Positions 47,001 through 59,632 of a DNA stretch of 64,000 nt are shown here, piece by piece (position 1 is the stretch's first letter; each line of letters opens with the position of its first letter). Position numbers and translations under genes: made by a program. Source of the stretch: Camelus ferus (taxonomy: Eukaryota); the NCBI RefSeq assembly GCF_009834535.1, contig NC_045696.1, forward strand, positions 38,876,001 to 38,940,000, given 5' to 3'. The notes beneath the pieces were generated by a model. The model was given only the letters and a program-made list of their open reading frames with translations. It ran no database searches and was not told the DNA's origin.

Positions 47001-50000
47001 TGCATGCCACAATCAAAAAAGATTTATCTTATTTCACTTCGTATTACTCTTTAAAATCTATCCAGCTATCATCTGAAGAAAACAGTTTTCCAGCTACAGC
47101 TTTAAGGCCTATTTTAGCCCATGAATGAAAAACAAATCCAAATCCAATCCTTCGAAAGCAAAATCTTTACAGAAGGTCTTCTGAAGAGGTGGTGAAGAAC
47201 ACATTACATTACCTATCTCCCAACCACAATTTCCTTAAAAATCCATTTTTCTATCTTGCCCTAACAAGTTTCTGTTCTGTAAAGCAGCCAGTTAAATCCC
47301 TTACCTCAAAATTTTCACCAGTACTAGGTCTCTTTTTTTCTGTTCCCTTATTAAGTTTTCTACAACATTCTTTCCCAGCTCCTTCCATTCCTCTCTCTGT
47401 ATTCCTCCATCCCATCTTTTTTTTCCTTTCTCAGCTTCTACCACTCCTCTCCATATCAACTAAAGAAAATTAGCACAGAAAATCTACAAATATCCTACAG
47501 ATCTCCTTAGAAGAGGCAGAGGGTGGAGGAAAAAAGGAATGTAGCAAAAGTCATACTTTAATATTTTGGGTCCTACCACACAAATGGGAGCATTTGCACA
47601 ATGAGTATGAGTTCTGGCTTTTCATTAACTGGAAATTAAGTGCTTTGAAAATAATTTCAAGATGGATGAAGATAATCCTTTTCTACCACTTTAGCTAAGA
47701 AAATATATTATTAACTTAAAAGAAATGAATATTTTAAGAATCAAAAACTGTTATTATCAACTCAAGATTGGTATACATGTCTTTATATAACAAAGAGATT
47801 AGAATCAGATGTCATCACTTCTTTTAGTATCATCACCTTAACTTCCAAGCTCAAATTCTATTACTTAGAAAAGTCTGATATTCACATTCAATCCAAGAAT
47901 ATTTTAAAGCTTTTTATATGAAGACTCCAAAAGGTAGAGGAGTACACTGGGTCAGATTGATGGTATTCTTCCATTAGAATACCAGGCACTGAAGTCACCC
48001 AATGTTTGGTTTTTATGCTCAATATTTTTGACAGATTTTCAATTTTTATATAATGCTCAATAAAGGCAGTGTAAGCTTTATTTAGTTCAATGTAACAAAT
48101 ATCTATAAGGTGTCTCCTACATGCATAAAATTTTATGGCAAAGATGAGTTTGACTATACTGTCCTTATTTTCTAAGTAACTCTTAAGCTTAAAACTTAGA
48201 AGTCAGAGCCTATCTGCTATGCTGGCTGTGACTGCCATGTCACTAAGGGTTAGTTCTTTTCATAAAACAAAAATACATTAAGTAAGTAAAACCTTGTCCA
48301 GTGTGAATTGGATTTGCAATCCCAATGGAAAGAAATGTTCTGGACCTCAGATTTTCACAGAACACTCCACACTTCCTATGGCAGAGGGGAGCACACCTGC
48401 TGGATTCTCTAAGACGATCTCTCTTGTTAACAGCTGATCCTCCTCAGGAGTCAGATGTCTGCTTTCTCGTGGCAAACTTTTCAGTTCACATGTAGACTCG
48501 CTCAAAGAGGCCTCAAATTAGACAACATCAGCCATTTTTCAAAAACAATTCTGGGACACACTCTTGCCCAAGTCAATTCACTGGTCTTAGGAAATGTAAT
48601 AGTAAGTATACACCTGCAATGGTTACATAAAATTCTTTCAAACATGATATATTTAACAAGGGAAAGAGATGATTACTCATGACCAGATCTACATATTACT
48701 AGATGAAATAAAGAAAAAGAAAAGTCTTATCTTGCAGAAGAGTAAATACCCCATTTTTCTGTTCCCTTAAAAAGGCAAATACTAGACAAGTGTTTCAAAG
48801 ATTTCTTAGGATAAAATATATTTTTTATATTATAAGAGGACACATATGATACATACATGTCTCCTCAGGGAAAAGGTCAAAAGGTCCAGAAGAGGATCCA
48901 GATCATCAAAATGTAATTTTAACTAATCGTCTTTCTTCTGACTAATAATTAGATTCAATTTCAAATTAATGATGATTTATATACAATGTTTAAAAAAGGA
49001 TATTTACATCTTAATTGAAAGACTTGGGTGACACTGGTTTTTTTAGGATTTTTAAAGTAGATTTAAAAGTGTTCTTTAGCTTATAAGTGTTGTTTCAAAA
49101 TTATTGTTTTTAAAAGCGAAACAAAACATTAAAAAAAAACCTTTCAATTACTATTGGTAGCAAAGCACTACTAAAAAAATAAATAAACTTCATCTCTTAG
49201 AAAAGAATCTGGCAAATACGAAGTGTTGTGTGTCTCTTAATGGTACCAAGTTACCTCCATTTTATTATGTTTTTGCACTTGCCCATTGAAAGCAAAGTTT
49301 CTTTCTTGGCAAAACAAAGAAGGTTCATGCTTGAATTTCCACACTGGTTTATCAGAATATTAAATCTCTATATTACTAAGAGCATTTTTTATTTGTTTCA
49401 TTGAAAAGGGAAAAAGTCTCAAAGAAGAATTCCACTATCTTTTAGACTTAATTCATCCTTAAGAATAACAAAGGCATTAAAGGAAAATTACCTGACAGAT
49501 GAGGATGAAAGATAGCTTTTAAACGTAATATATAAAGATGTGGTTTCTACTTTTGATTGGAAAATAAAGTACAGATTAACGACACAATTTCCTGGGAGTT
49601 GTAAATTAGAAAAATAATCAGAATTAGTGAAAATCTCTCAAGCTCAGTCCTTATCCATATTTCTCTATTACTTGTAACCTCTGGCTGTCTTTAATTTGTC
49701 ATGATAAACTTACTTTGGGTTAAGATAGTAAGTTATCAACTCAAATAGTAAATCAGAACAACTGAGATATGGCTTTAAAGTGTCCAACACAATAATGAAA
49801 GGAAGACAGCTCTCTTCAGGTTTCCTGTTTAGTTAGCATCAGAGTCTCCATCTCATTAGCCCTGGTTGAAGGGAAAATTGTTTTTATTCCAAAATAATAC
49901 ATTGTTATAAAGAAAACTCCAAGGACATGAGAACCTTCATTTTTCATATATCTAATTCAAATTTTATATTTAGGCATTATTAACTTTGACGATAGATGTC

Positions 50001-52759
50001 CTCGTTATCATGAGTTAAATATGAGCTTACATGACAAGCAATATTGATGCGAACATTTCTATACACGTTTTTCTATGTTTATAGATCATCATCCTTAAAA
50101 CAGTCTTACTTTGCCTTTGTTCTAAAAAGACCAAATATCATTTACCTTTTTGAAATCATGATAGATGGAGTGAATAGTGCTAAATCATAAAGATTAATAA
50201 ACAATACACTTTCAAGATTTTTACCTAATTTAAAATGTCCTCTTCAGTTGCTTTTACAATAAATTAACACTCTTCCACATTTAGTAATTTGTAGAATGAA
50301 ATGTATGCATTTAGATAGAAATTGTTTTTGTTAAATTTTCACTTAAACATGTCTTTACTCACTTAGAAGCCAGAATATCATTAATCATATCAGTTAATTT
50401 TTTATACAAAGTAGTAACTGTTGCTCTCTTTAGAATTATTTACCCAGTAATATCATTATTAAAGTAATGAAGTTTTTATTTAACTGTACATGTTTTATTT
50501 ATTCTCACATGTTACTTTTGTCATTAAGATAAATCTGCTTAAAATTGTGGTCTTTAGAAGCTCTATGACAAAATCAGTGACCACTCATTTGCTAACAGAC
50601 TTGTAACTGAACAAGCTATTTTTTGTTGATGTGACTGATGTGAACATTGTTAAAGCAAACTTGTTTGAAAATCCATTGGTATTTTACCTAGAGCTATTAT
50701 TGCAATATCTTCAAAAGTATCTTTAAAACAATACTGAATTTCATGGACAATATAAAAACAAACAGTGAATGAGGCTTTTAAAAAATTTCTTCATTGCTTG
50801 GAAAATAAGGTTTAATAGGCATAAATGTTTGTCATTGAAGTTTGTGATTTGCTTTGATGTGCTGTTTCTTCCTATGCCATATATGTGTATTTAAAGAAAA
50901 TTGTATTAATATATGCAAAAATCTCATTTTCTTCTTACAAGTATGGAGTTTTGATATAGTTTTAGGTATTTTATGCCTCCAAGAGAAAAAAAATCAAAAT
51001 GTGAAATGGGCGCCTTTTTTTTTGATGGGGCAAAACACCTGAGTGTTCCTAACAAATAAGAGTATGAGTAACACTGGATTTTAAAGATTACTATATATGC
51101 TTTATTTGTGATACATTATTAATCATTTTGTTAATTATACTTCATCCTTAGAATGTGTCATTGGAAATTTGAATAACTTTGGACATTTTTCACAAGCTAT
51201 ACTTGGGTTTAATTTTGTATGCAGTACAAACTTCAACAGCTTAATTTTGACTTTTGAAAGAATAATTGTTAATTAACAGTCTATGTGTCCTAAAATGTTA
51301 GTTATACCTTCTATAATAACCTTATTTTTTAAAAAATCAGAGGCAGAGCATGAATGCAGAACATGAAGATGGACCAAGTTCCATTAAAACTGACGAAAAG
51401 ACAAAAAGGTAATACAAAGAGGTGTTTGTGTTACAACTATTAATTACCTCCTTAAAAAAACAAAAAATTAATAGAAAACAGTGATTGAAAATTATGTCAT
51501 GTTACTCTTACTGGTAATTTTGAAATTAAAATGCATTTTCAGGATGAGACTCTCTAATATAAATAAGTCCACTAATATTTGTTAAAATATATCGTGCTAT
51601 ATAAAACTAGAAAGAAATGTTACTAAAATGTCAAAAATTTAAATTTATTTTTTAAAAGTTTTAAAAGTTTATTAATAACCAAATGATCACAATTATTAAC
51701 ATTTCCCTAATAGTTCTTTTGATTTCTAAGATATATATAATTAAAGAATTTGCCAAAAAACATTGACTATTAGACTGTCAAAGCACTTTACACATATTAA
51801 TGAATCACTCCTATTAATAATTAAGAGTTGTTTCTTCTGCTTTATTAACTGTAAAACCAGTGTATATAAAATGCAGGTAAAAATAACTGACTTGAAATGG
51901 TAGTCTTTTAGAATCAGTTTATGCTTTTATACAGATACATAAATTTTACACGGTCTTAAATGTTCCAAAAATATGGTACCTGCATATTAGTTGTACATTA
52001 TATCTTATGTTCTCTAAATGCTTATATTCTTTCAAGGAGATGGCCTTCTCTTTTCAGTTGGTTAAAGTATTAAAAGAGAACTGCTTTATATTTTATATTT
52101 CTATTCAATTTCTCTAATAGTGCTTATAACTTTCCAATTCTCAGAGAAGTGGAAGCCAAAAACCATAACATAGTGGCTAGAAGTTATAATTTTTGAAGTT
52201 GCTACTCTTCTTTTGTCTAATATCGGTCATATATATCATAAAGTCTGCTGGAGAAAGCAAACTCTTACTTTCTTATGAATGGAAATACCAAAAAAAAATC
52301 CTCCATTAGACTTTCTGTATTCAAAATAGTGAACGTATGTTTTTATAGTTACTTCCACTGCTTACTGTTTATTCAGTTTTAAAAATTTCATCAAATGGGA
52401 TACTTCAAACAAAAGTGAAAAGCCATTCCATTTTTGCATAAATTGCTTAGCTTCTTTGAAGTCTCCAAAAATTCCTCTGAGGAAGCAAAATATTCTCTTT
52501 CCCACCTTACAGCTTTGATCACTCTACCATTAAATGAAATAGTTAAGTGTCTACAGTTTAATATAAAGAATAGCAACAACAAAAAAGTCATGATTTGTCC
52601 AGTCAAACTTTTTACACTACAGGGAACAGATATAAAAACAAAAAGACAAAATTAAAGAGAATCACATCTGTTTGCTAGCCCAAAACTGTGTAAGTCCTAA
52701 TTTTAAAAATACTATATATACACAGATAATGATTTATTTTAAATACATATTTATGCATA

Positions 52760-54350
52760 AGTCCATTCATTCACTAATGTTTATTGAACTCTACCATGTA
52801 CCAGTGTCCTGTTCTAAACCCAGAGGACACAAAATGGCCAAGACAAGCAAAAGCCCCAGCTTCATGAAACTGACCTTCTAATGGTAAAGACAATAAAGAA
52901 GTAGTGATGTGCTATACTGATAATTAAATTAATAACGTCACACAGCATGACTGTGGCTTCTTTATATAAAATGGTAAGGGAAATCTTCTCTGAGGTTGTG
53001 ATCTTTAAACTGATATCTGAAAAGCCTGAAGGAACCAGTCATGAGAAAATCTGGGGGCAGAGCATTCAAGCCAGAGGGAACAGTTTGATGTGTGAGTTCG
53101 GAATGTTTGAGGCCAGAGAGAACGGTGTGGTCGGTGTGCAGTAGATGAGCCAAAGTGGCCAAAATGAGAGGGGGGTCAAAGAACATTTATGAGGCTACTG
53201 CAGTAATTTAAGGGGAGAAAAGTGGCTTTTGTTAAAGTGGAAATAGATGAAGGGAAGCCAGTGGGTTTTGAATGTGTTTGAAGATAGAGGCTGGCTAATG
53301 GAATGGGCCTGAGAGATGAAGAAAGAAAAATCGAAGATAAATTCTACATTTGGAAAGTAAGAAACGTAATTAATGGTGGTGTAGGAGAAGCACATTTGGA
53401 GGATAAAAATCAAGTTTGGTTTTAACCATGTAATGCCTGAGATACCTGTTAGATATTCAAATGGAACTACCAAGCAGTTATATATAAGAGTTCAAAGGAG
53501 CAACCAGGGTTAGGTATCAAGATTTAGAAGTCATCAGTATAATGGTATTTAAGGTTTTTAAATCACCTAGGGAAAGCCCATAAGATAGAGAACTAGGCCT
53601 TGATTGAGATCCAGAGCATTCTAATGTAGAAGCTAGGCAGAGAATTAGAAGCCAGCAGAGGACACTGAGTAGTGTAAGGTAAGGAAGAGAACAAAGAAAA
53701 CCAATGGCCACCTGGATTAAATGCTTTAAGCCAAGATTGGAATAAAGAAATGGCCATTGGACTTGGTGACATGGAGTTATTGCTGGTTTTGACATGGGCA
53801 GTGTCTATGAAGTAATGAAATCAAAGTCTGGTTGATGTGGATACTTTAAGAAGATACTTTAGGGAAGAAGGTGGAGTCAGTATCTATAAACAACTCTTCC
53901 AAGAAGTTTTACCTCAAGAAAGTAAGAAAAATAGGGCAGTAAGTAGCTAAGTATCTGGAAGTAGATATGGGGTTAAGAAAGGGGTGTGTGTGTGTGTGTG
54001 TGTGTGTTAGAGGATGCTAGAGCATATTTATTTATTTATTTATGAGAATGATCTGGTAGAAAGGGGAAAACTAATTATGCAAGAGAGAATTTAATTATAG
54101 AAAAGGCTTTGGGAGGTAGAAGGGTTCAGATTCATAGCATAAACAGGGAGGTTAGTTTTTGATAGGAGGAAACACATAGAACTATAATGGGAGGGAAGGC
54201 AGAGTGTGTAATATGCTGATAGGTTGGTAGATTTGTGATAAAAAGGTAAGGATGTTACTATGTGAGGAGTTTTATTTTACCAAGAGAATTTAAAAGTCAA
54301 CATGGGGAGTGGGAAGTGAGTATAGGTTGAAGGAGAGATGTGTAGGTAGT
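52760..54350 (-). mobile_element. L2 LINE fragment
   Basis: cattcattcactaatgtttattgaactctaccatgtaccag (L2 3' end, reverse)...ggggcagagcattcaagccagagggaacag...ggccattggacttggtgacatggag. Confidence 0.75.
53984..54007 (+). repeat. (GT)12 microsatellite
   Basis: Directly visible; followed by (TTTA)n near 54027-54043. Confidence 0.9.
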
Positions 54351-54362
54351 TGGAAAGAGGGA

Positions 54363-54390
54363 ACACACACACACACACACGCACACACAC
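54363..54390 (+). repeat. (AC)14 microsatellite, one interruption
   Basis: Directly visible. Confidence 0.9.
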
Positions 54391-56035
54391 ATATATGTGT
54401 ACATATATGTGGGTATTTGTGTGTATGTAATACCCAACAGGAAAAAGACCTATTATATAAAATACTTTGAAGCCATTTTCACTAAATATTTTTGAGACAT
54501 CTTATTTGGAAGATCTGAATTGGAATTCTGAGCTTTCCAAGGATGCTGATAACAGAGTACTCTTTTATGTAACGTAGAGATTGAGGACTTCTCAATGCTA
54601 TAGGTAATTCTCATGTTGTTATTTTTGTCTATTACAGTGTGAAAGACAAATATCTTATAGCTATTCTAAGTCAAAACTTATGAAAATTAAATTGGCTTAA
54701 TCATAAAAGAATTGTTTTGCACACTCAAGTTGTCAGTTTTCTCAGAACACTATATTGCGAGGGGTTCAGCCCCCATCTGAATTTTTTTTTAAAAAGCAAT
54801 CAGGCTTTAATTGTTTGGTAAAACAATACTTTTATTATGATTTTTTTTCATATGAAAAACATCTGTCATTTAGGAGAAGGGGGTTATGGTAATTTTTTTC
54901 ATTATGCCCTCCCTATCCCGTAGGAAGGATGAGTTCTTTGTGCTTGGAGCTTCATTTCTGAGTAGGTTGTATGTAATTCAGTGTATTAGAATTTATAGGT
55001 ACATATTTATTCCTTGGATTTGATGTAAAATTAGATTGTGAATAATGAAATAAGACTGCTCTACTTTTTTTTTGCTGTTTTAGCATAGCCAAAAATATAG
55101 AGATACATTGTACATATAAATATGTATTTGATTAATCACTTAATAGTTGAATGGCCATGTCAAATATTAAATGGTAGATTTGACAGTTGCAGTGTATTTA
55201 AAATAAAAAAGCTATAAAAATCTTTGTAGCACAAATCCTGAAGAATTTATTAAATACTAAATAGTACATTTATATTAAGTGCCTAGATAACATCTGTCTA
55301 GGTTGAGACATTTAATCCCTCATAGAGCAATATCTGACTAGTGAAAAACTGCAGCTGAAAACATTTGTCCTTCCAATAAATATGAATATGACTTTTAAAT
55401 GCATCTTTTTGTAACCCATCATAAACTTATTTACCATAAATATGGATTTAGCACTGAATCCATATACTCTTGCAAAAGGGGGAAAAGATCTGTTTGTGAG
55501 AATAAGGAAGCACAGCACTGTATTACTTTTTTCTCTTTGGTTTTACATCACTAGTGTTTCAGTACATGCCCTCCGCTCAGGTTCCTTACACAGCCTATGT
55601 TCTTTTCTGGTTGTATCACAACATTGTAGAAAGATAAACACAGTAAGAGGGTGTTAACAATAGAACTGCAATCCTACCTATTACCTACTTTACTGTGACA
55701 GTGAAGTAGTCCAGACTTACTTGAAGGCGGTATTGTTTTCATCTTATAAAAGTCTACTGTAATATTATGATGTTCCATGTAAATTTTCATGTGCTGGCAT
55801 GCTTAGAAGTTAATAGAGTTATAGAATGCTCAGCTCTCAATGAGGGGTCGTTTGTCGTGAGTTGCATTACATATGTCATCTATTTGATGAAAGAATATGG
55901 TGTTTAGCAAAACTACCTGCTGAGCAACATAATAAGATTTTTGTACAAAGTACAAGTAACTAATTACTGTATTTTATTTTTCTATGATTTCCTAAGAGGC
56001 ATTATCAGGGTCTTACAGATGGAGTAAGCCTGTTT

Positions 56036-56110
56036 ATTAAAATATCTATTAGTAAATAAAAGTTACAGTTCTGGTGGTTGAATTTGTGACTTTTTTGTAT
56101 TGTTGTATTG
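56036..56110 (+). terminator. Candidate distal polyadenylation site
   Basis: ATTAAA (56036-56041) and AATAAA (56055-56060), upstream TGTA motifs (~55942, ~55968), downstream GU/U-rich element (tggtggttg...tttttgtattgttgtattg). Confidence 0.55.
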
Positions 56111-57399
56111 ATCATATTTAATATAATTTATTTTTTAGTCTATTAAGTCTAGATGTTCTTTATGAGTAATTCTGGAGACAAAATCATAGCTGTAAGTTTT
56201 CAAAATAACATCATTAAGGTCAAGACATAAATCACTATAAATAATTGGGACATACTTTTGTAATGATTGTATATCAGCAAAATATTTTGTGAGATTCAAG
56301 TAAATTAAACTGTCCATTGCATGGGTAATACTGTATACAAATTCAAATGACCAAAAGATACACATAATATACAACTATTCAAACAGCTTTAGACCATCAA
56401 CATTCATTCCAAAAATCTTCCAATAAATTATGAATCATGGATTTTCTATATATTTTCTTAAAGTTCCTGGTAAGAAAACACATTAATTGTATCTTGAATT
56501 AACCAGAATAGTGCTGGATTCATCATATCTCACTCTTCTCTCTTATAATTCTTCTACTACAGTTTCAAAAGCCAGTATGAAATTTTAACCAATAATAAAG
56601 TACTTGAAACTTTCTTTCCTTATACAGGTATCTTAAGTAGCCCTCATAAGACTACATACCATTTTAAAACTTCTTATTCTTCTAATAAAATGAGGAGAAC
56701 CAAACTAACGTCCTAAATCAAGGAAAACCAATTTTTATGTTGAGCCTTGAGTGTGCTGTTGAGAGTTGTTTCCATTGGCAAAGCACCAAAACGGCAGATT
56801 CAGCCATATGAAACATTTACTTTTTTTAAGGTTGTTAGTTTTGAAAACTAGCATTTTCTCGGTTATGGAGTAGATTGAGGGTTTCATGACCACTATTTGG
56901 TCTCTAATGATAATAAGCCAACATATCAACTACACTCATTTAAGATAACTACTTAGCTAAAATTTTTAAGAGAATTATGTACCTTAAGAGAACTATTCAC
57001 TTAGCTAATTTCTTTTTAAGAATTATATTATCTGCTTAAATTTACTGAAAAGTTAGATATCCAGTCTCCCCATTGTATGTCCAGTTTTCACTAAATATTT
57101 TATACTAAGCAAAAACAGAACTCAACTTAGGGGCATAAAGTATCAACCCCAAACAGGAAAACTTGTCTGTCTACTAAAGTTTCCTGAAACATAAGATTTC
57201 TGCTTAGCTCTAAAAAAAAAAAAAAAATGTCAAAGTCTGGCTATCTGCATGTAGCTTCCAACTTTTATCAGAGTGAGTCACAATATCCAGACACACAGAA
57301 AAGTAATCAACACCTTACTGTAAATTCATTGAGTCAGAAGGTGAAGGACCACATTTAAAAATCCTATCCATATAATAAAAATTTCATGACAAGGGAAGA

Positions 57400-57560
57400 C
57401 AGGAAATTATTTATCGAACACCTACACTGTGCCAAACACATATACTTCTGTTATCCATTTATTCCTCAAAACATCCAGTTGAAGTAGTGTCATTTTGAAG
57501 GTGAGGAAGCTGAATAATAGAGCAGGTTAATTGGCCTAAGGCCACACAATAAAGACTATA
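57400..57560 (-). mobile_element. MIR
   Basis: tatttatcgaacacctacactgtgcca...cattttgaaggtgaggaagctga...ggcctaaggccacaca. Confidence 0.6.
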
Positions 57561-58415
57561 TTTCCATACTCCATTTTTACAAGGACATTGGTAAATAAGT
57601 TGTTTTGTATATGCAACTACTGTTTTTTGTGTTTTGTCAGTTCTTCTCTTTCAACAGTCACTAGCCCAGACCACATTTTTTTCCATCATAAAAATAACAG
57701 AACCATATTTGAAAATTTGGAAAATGAAAGAAAACCACCCCATGATCATGATAATACAGCCTTTTATATAATTCTTTCTAGTCTCTTTTTTTCAACCTAA
57801 TTCATTTAATAGGCCAAAATAATTTATATGCCAAAGAACAGGTAGGGTAGTAAACATAACATTAGGTAGTTGGAGGGGGGAAACAATCATACTCACGACT
57901 GACAAAGGAAATGAATCATTTACTATTAACACCCCAGAGCAATTTAAGAAGGTGTTTAAGCATTCCGACTATGGATTCCTTTCCTGACCACCCGCAGATT
58001 TGATTCTGGAGACTGTAATTTAATCACAGGAGACTATGCCTCATGGAAATCTCTTCAGGAGATCAGACAGCTAAGAAGCCAGGTTACGGGCATTATTTCC
58101 TTTGCCAAACAATGCCTTTGAGTCTATCTCCTCTCCCTACCCACAGTAACAGTCTTGCTTCTCCTGGTCCCCCGGGTATGAGGCCCAGCAGACCTGGAAG
58201 AGGGTAGGTGCGATGGGCAAGGGGCCTGTCCGCTGCACACCTCGCCCTAGAGTGCAATCGTCTCCTGCAGCTGTAGCCACCACGCTGCGCCCCTGCCCGA
58301 CGCCAACGCAGGCGCCCCAGCGCTCTAAGCGCCGATCCCCAAGAGCGGACATCCCCGAGCTGGCTGGGAGCCTGGCGCTGCAAGAAAAGCCCGCCGCAAA
58401 GGCGGACGCCACACG

Positions 58416-58456
58416 TTCCCAGCAGGCTGTGCGCGTGCCTACAACTCCCGTCATGC
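58416..58456 (+). promoter_or_regulatory. Tandem ZNF143/STAF-like (SBS) motifs
   Basis: TTCCCAGCAGGCTGTGCG (58416-58433) and CTACAACTCCCGTCATGC (58439-58456) resemble TTCCCA..ATGC...GCG and ACTACAnnTCCC. Confidence 0.55.
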
Positions 58457-58643
58457 TCCACGCGGACTGCCCAGCTCCTCGCTGGAAGGCGGCAGATCGT
58501 CCAGTCACCCTTGCTCACACTTATTTAATACTCCTCGCTGTGCCTCTGGCATTTTGGGGACCTTTTCAATTCACAACGAGTGTGCGGCGACTGACGCACT
58601 AAGACCTCTGAGGAGGCGTGGCTCCAGACCGGAAGAACCTTCG

Positions 58644-58657
58644 GTTGCCACGGGAAC
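58644..58657. promoter_or_regulatory. RFX X-box
   Basis: GTTGCCACGGGAAC matches the palindrome GTTGCCATGGCAAC at 12/14 positions; ETS motif CCGGAAG at 58629-58635; appropriate for a ciliary gene. Confidence 0.7.
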
Positions 58658-58699
58658 GCCACGCACCTAAAGGCACCAAGGCGCCTGCCCAGCCACTGA

Positions 58700-58905
58700 T
58701 GCTTGGGCTGAGGCAGACGCTGCCCCTTCGCCGAACTTGCAGAGGCAGTTTTGTTCAGGACCAGGCGTCCTTCTTCCTATGGAGGCCTAGGGAAAAAGGC
58801 TGAGAGGCGTCCGCACCACATTCCCTGTCCAGAGACGGAAAGGAGCGAGTGCGTCCGTTCCTGTTCAGCAGCTCCTGGGCCCGCGGGACAAACGTCAAAG
58901 AGCAG
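58700..58905 (+). other. ARL6: Candidate non-coding first exon of ARL6 (start uncertain)
   Basis: Donor CAG|gtatct at 58905/58906 at the 3' edge of the island; alternative stronger donor TGG|gtgagt at 59061/59062. Confidence 0.45.
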
Positions 58906-59502
58906 GTATCTCCCATCCCGCAGCGCCGCCCCCAATCCCGCCGCCAGTTTTAGAATTGCTCTTGCCCATGTTTTTCTCTGCGTGTAGTTGTTTCTAATGT
59001 GTGAGAGGTAGAAAAGAAGAAGTGGGCTAGAAAGCCCAGAAGACTCATTGCACTGCTCTGGGTGAGTTTTTGTTTGATTGGGTGGTTTTAACACTACCCA
59101 GATTGGGCCTTTTTATTTGGTGTGTACGAAGTATAATTGAAATTCCGTCATCAAAAACTGAAAGCTGAATAAAAATGTTTATTGGGTGTGCTATATAATT
59201 CACTTTAGAAACATTTTTAAAGTTTATGAAGTACCATTCATGGTGTCTTCTTTGCCCGACCACTCTACAACTTACCTTCCAAGCTCTTAGCTATGGATAG
59301 TGTCCTAATTCTTCAGGACTTTTCTGGCAACAAGTGAAAAAATCCTTTAGAAAGCAGTTTCTTTGATGACAGCCAAGAGAATTTGATTGGCTGGTATGCA
59401 GAGAGGAAAACAGTGAGATAAGAAACTGGAAAGGTCGACTGGAGTCCGATTGTAAACAACTTTAAAAGCTGTGCATGAAAGTTTAGACTTTATTCTAAAA
59501 GC

Positions 59503-59632
59503 CAGTAGTTCTAATAGTGACTGTACATCAGAAACGCTATGTAGCTTTTTAAAACAGATGCCCTCATTCCATCTTCAGATATACTAATCCAATTAGCTGA
59601 TTCCATTGTGCAGGCAGGGTTGAGAATCATGG
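59503..59632. mobile_element. MER5-like hAT fragment
   Basis: cagtagttct...catcagaa...tttaaaacagatgccc...gctgattcc...gggttgagaatcatgg. Confidence 0.55.

Larger units (their letters stand above)
44016..56085 (+). other. EPHA6: Putative long EPHA6 3' UTR (proximal and distal poly(A) options)
   Basis: Follows the stop codon; AATAAA at 44944-44949 and a well-structured distal signal at 56055-56060. The 3' end is inferred. Confidence 0.45.
58150..58950. promoter_or_regulatory. ARL6: CpG-island promoter of ARL6
   Basis: The only extended GC/CpG-rich stretch in the window, ~3 kb upstream of the ARL6 ATG; contains ZNF143-like, CRE half-site, ETS and X-box motifs. Confidence 0.85.

Noticed and set aside
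58093..59094. Cluster of 60-141 aa ORFs on both strands
   Set aside because: They overlap the GC-rich CpG island, where stop codons are depleted; no recognisable domain, and the frames overlap each other.
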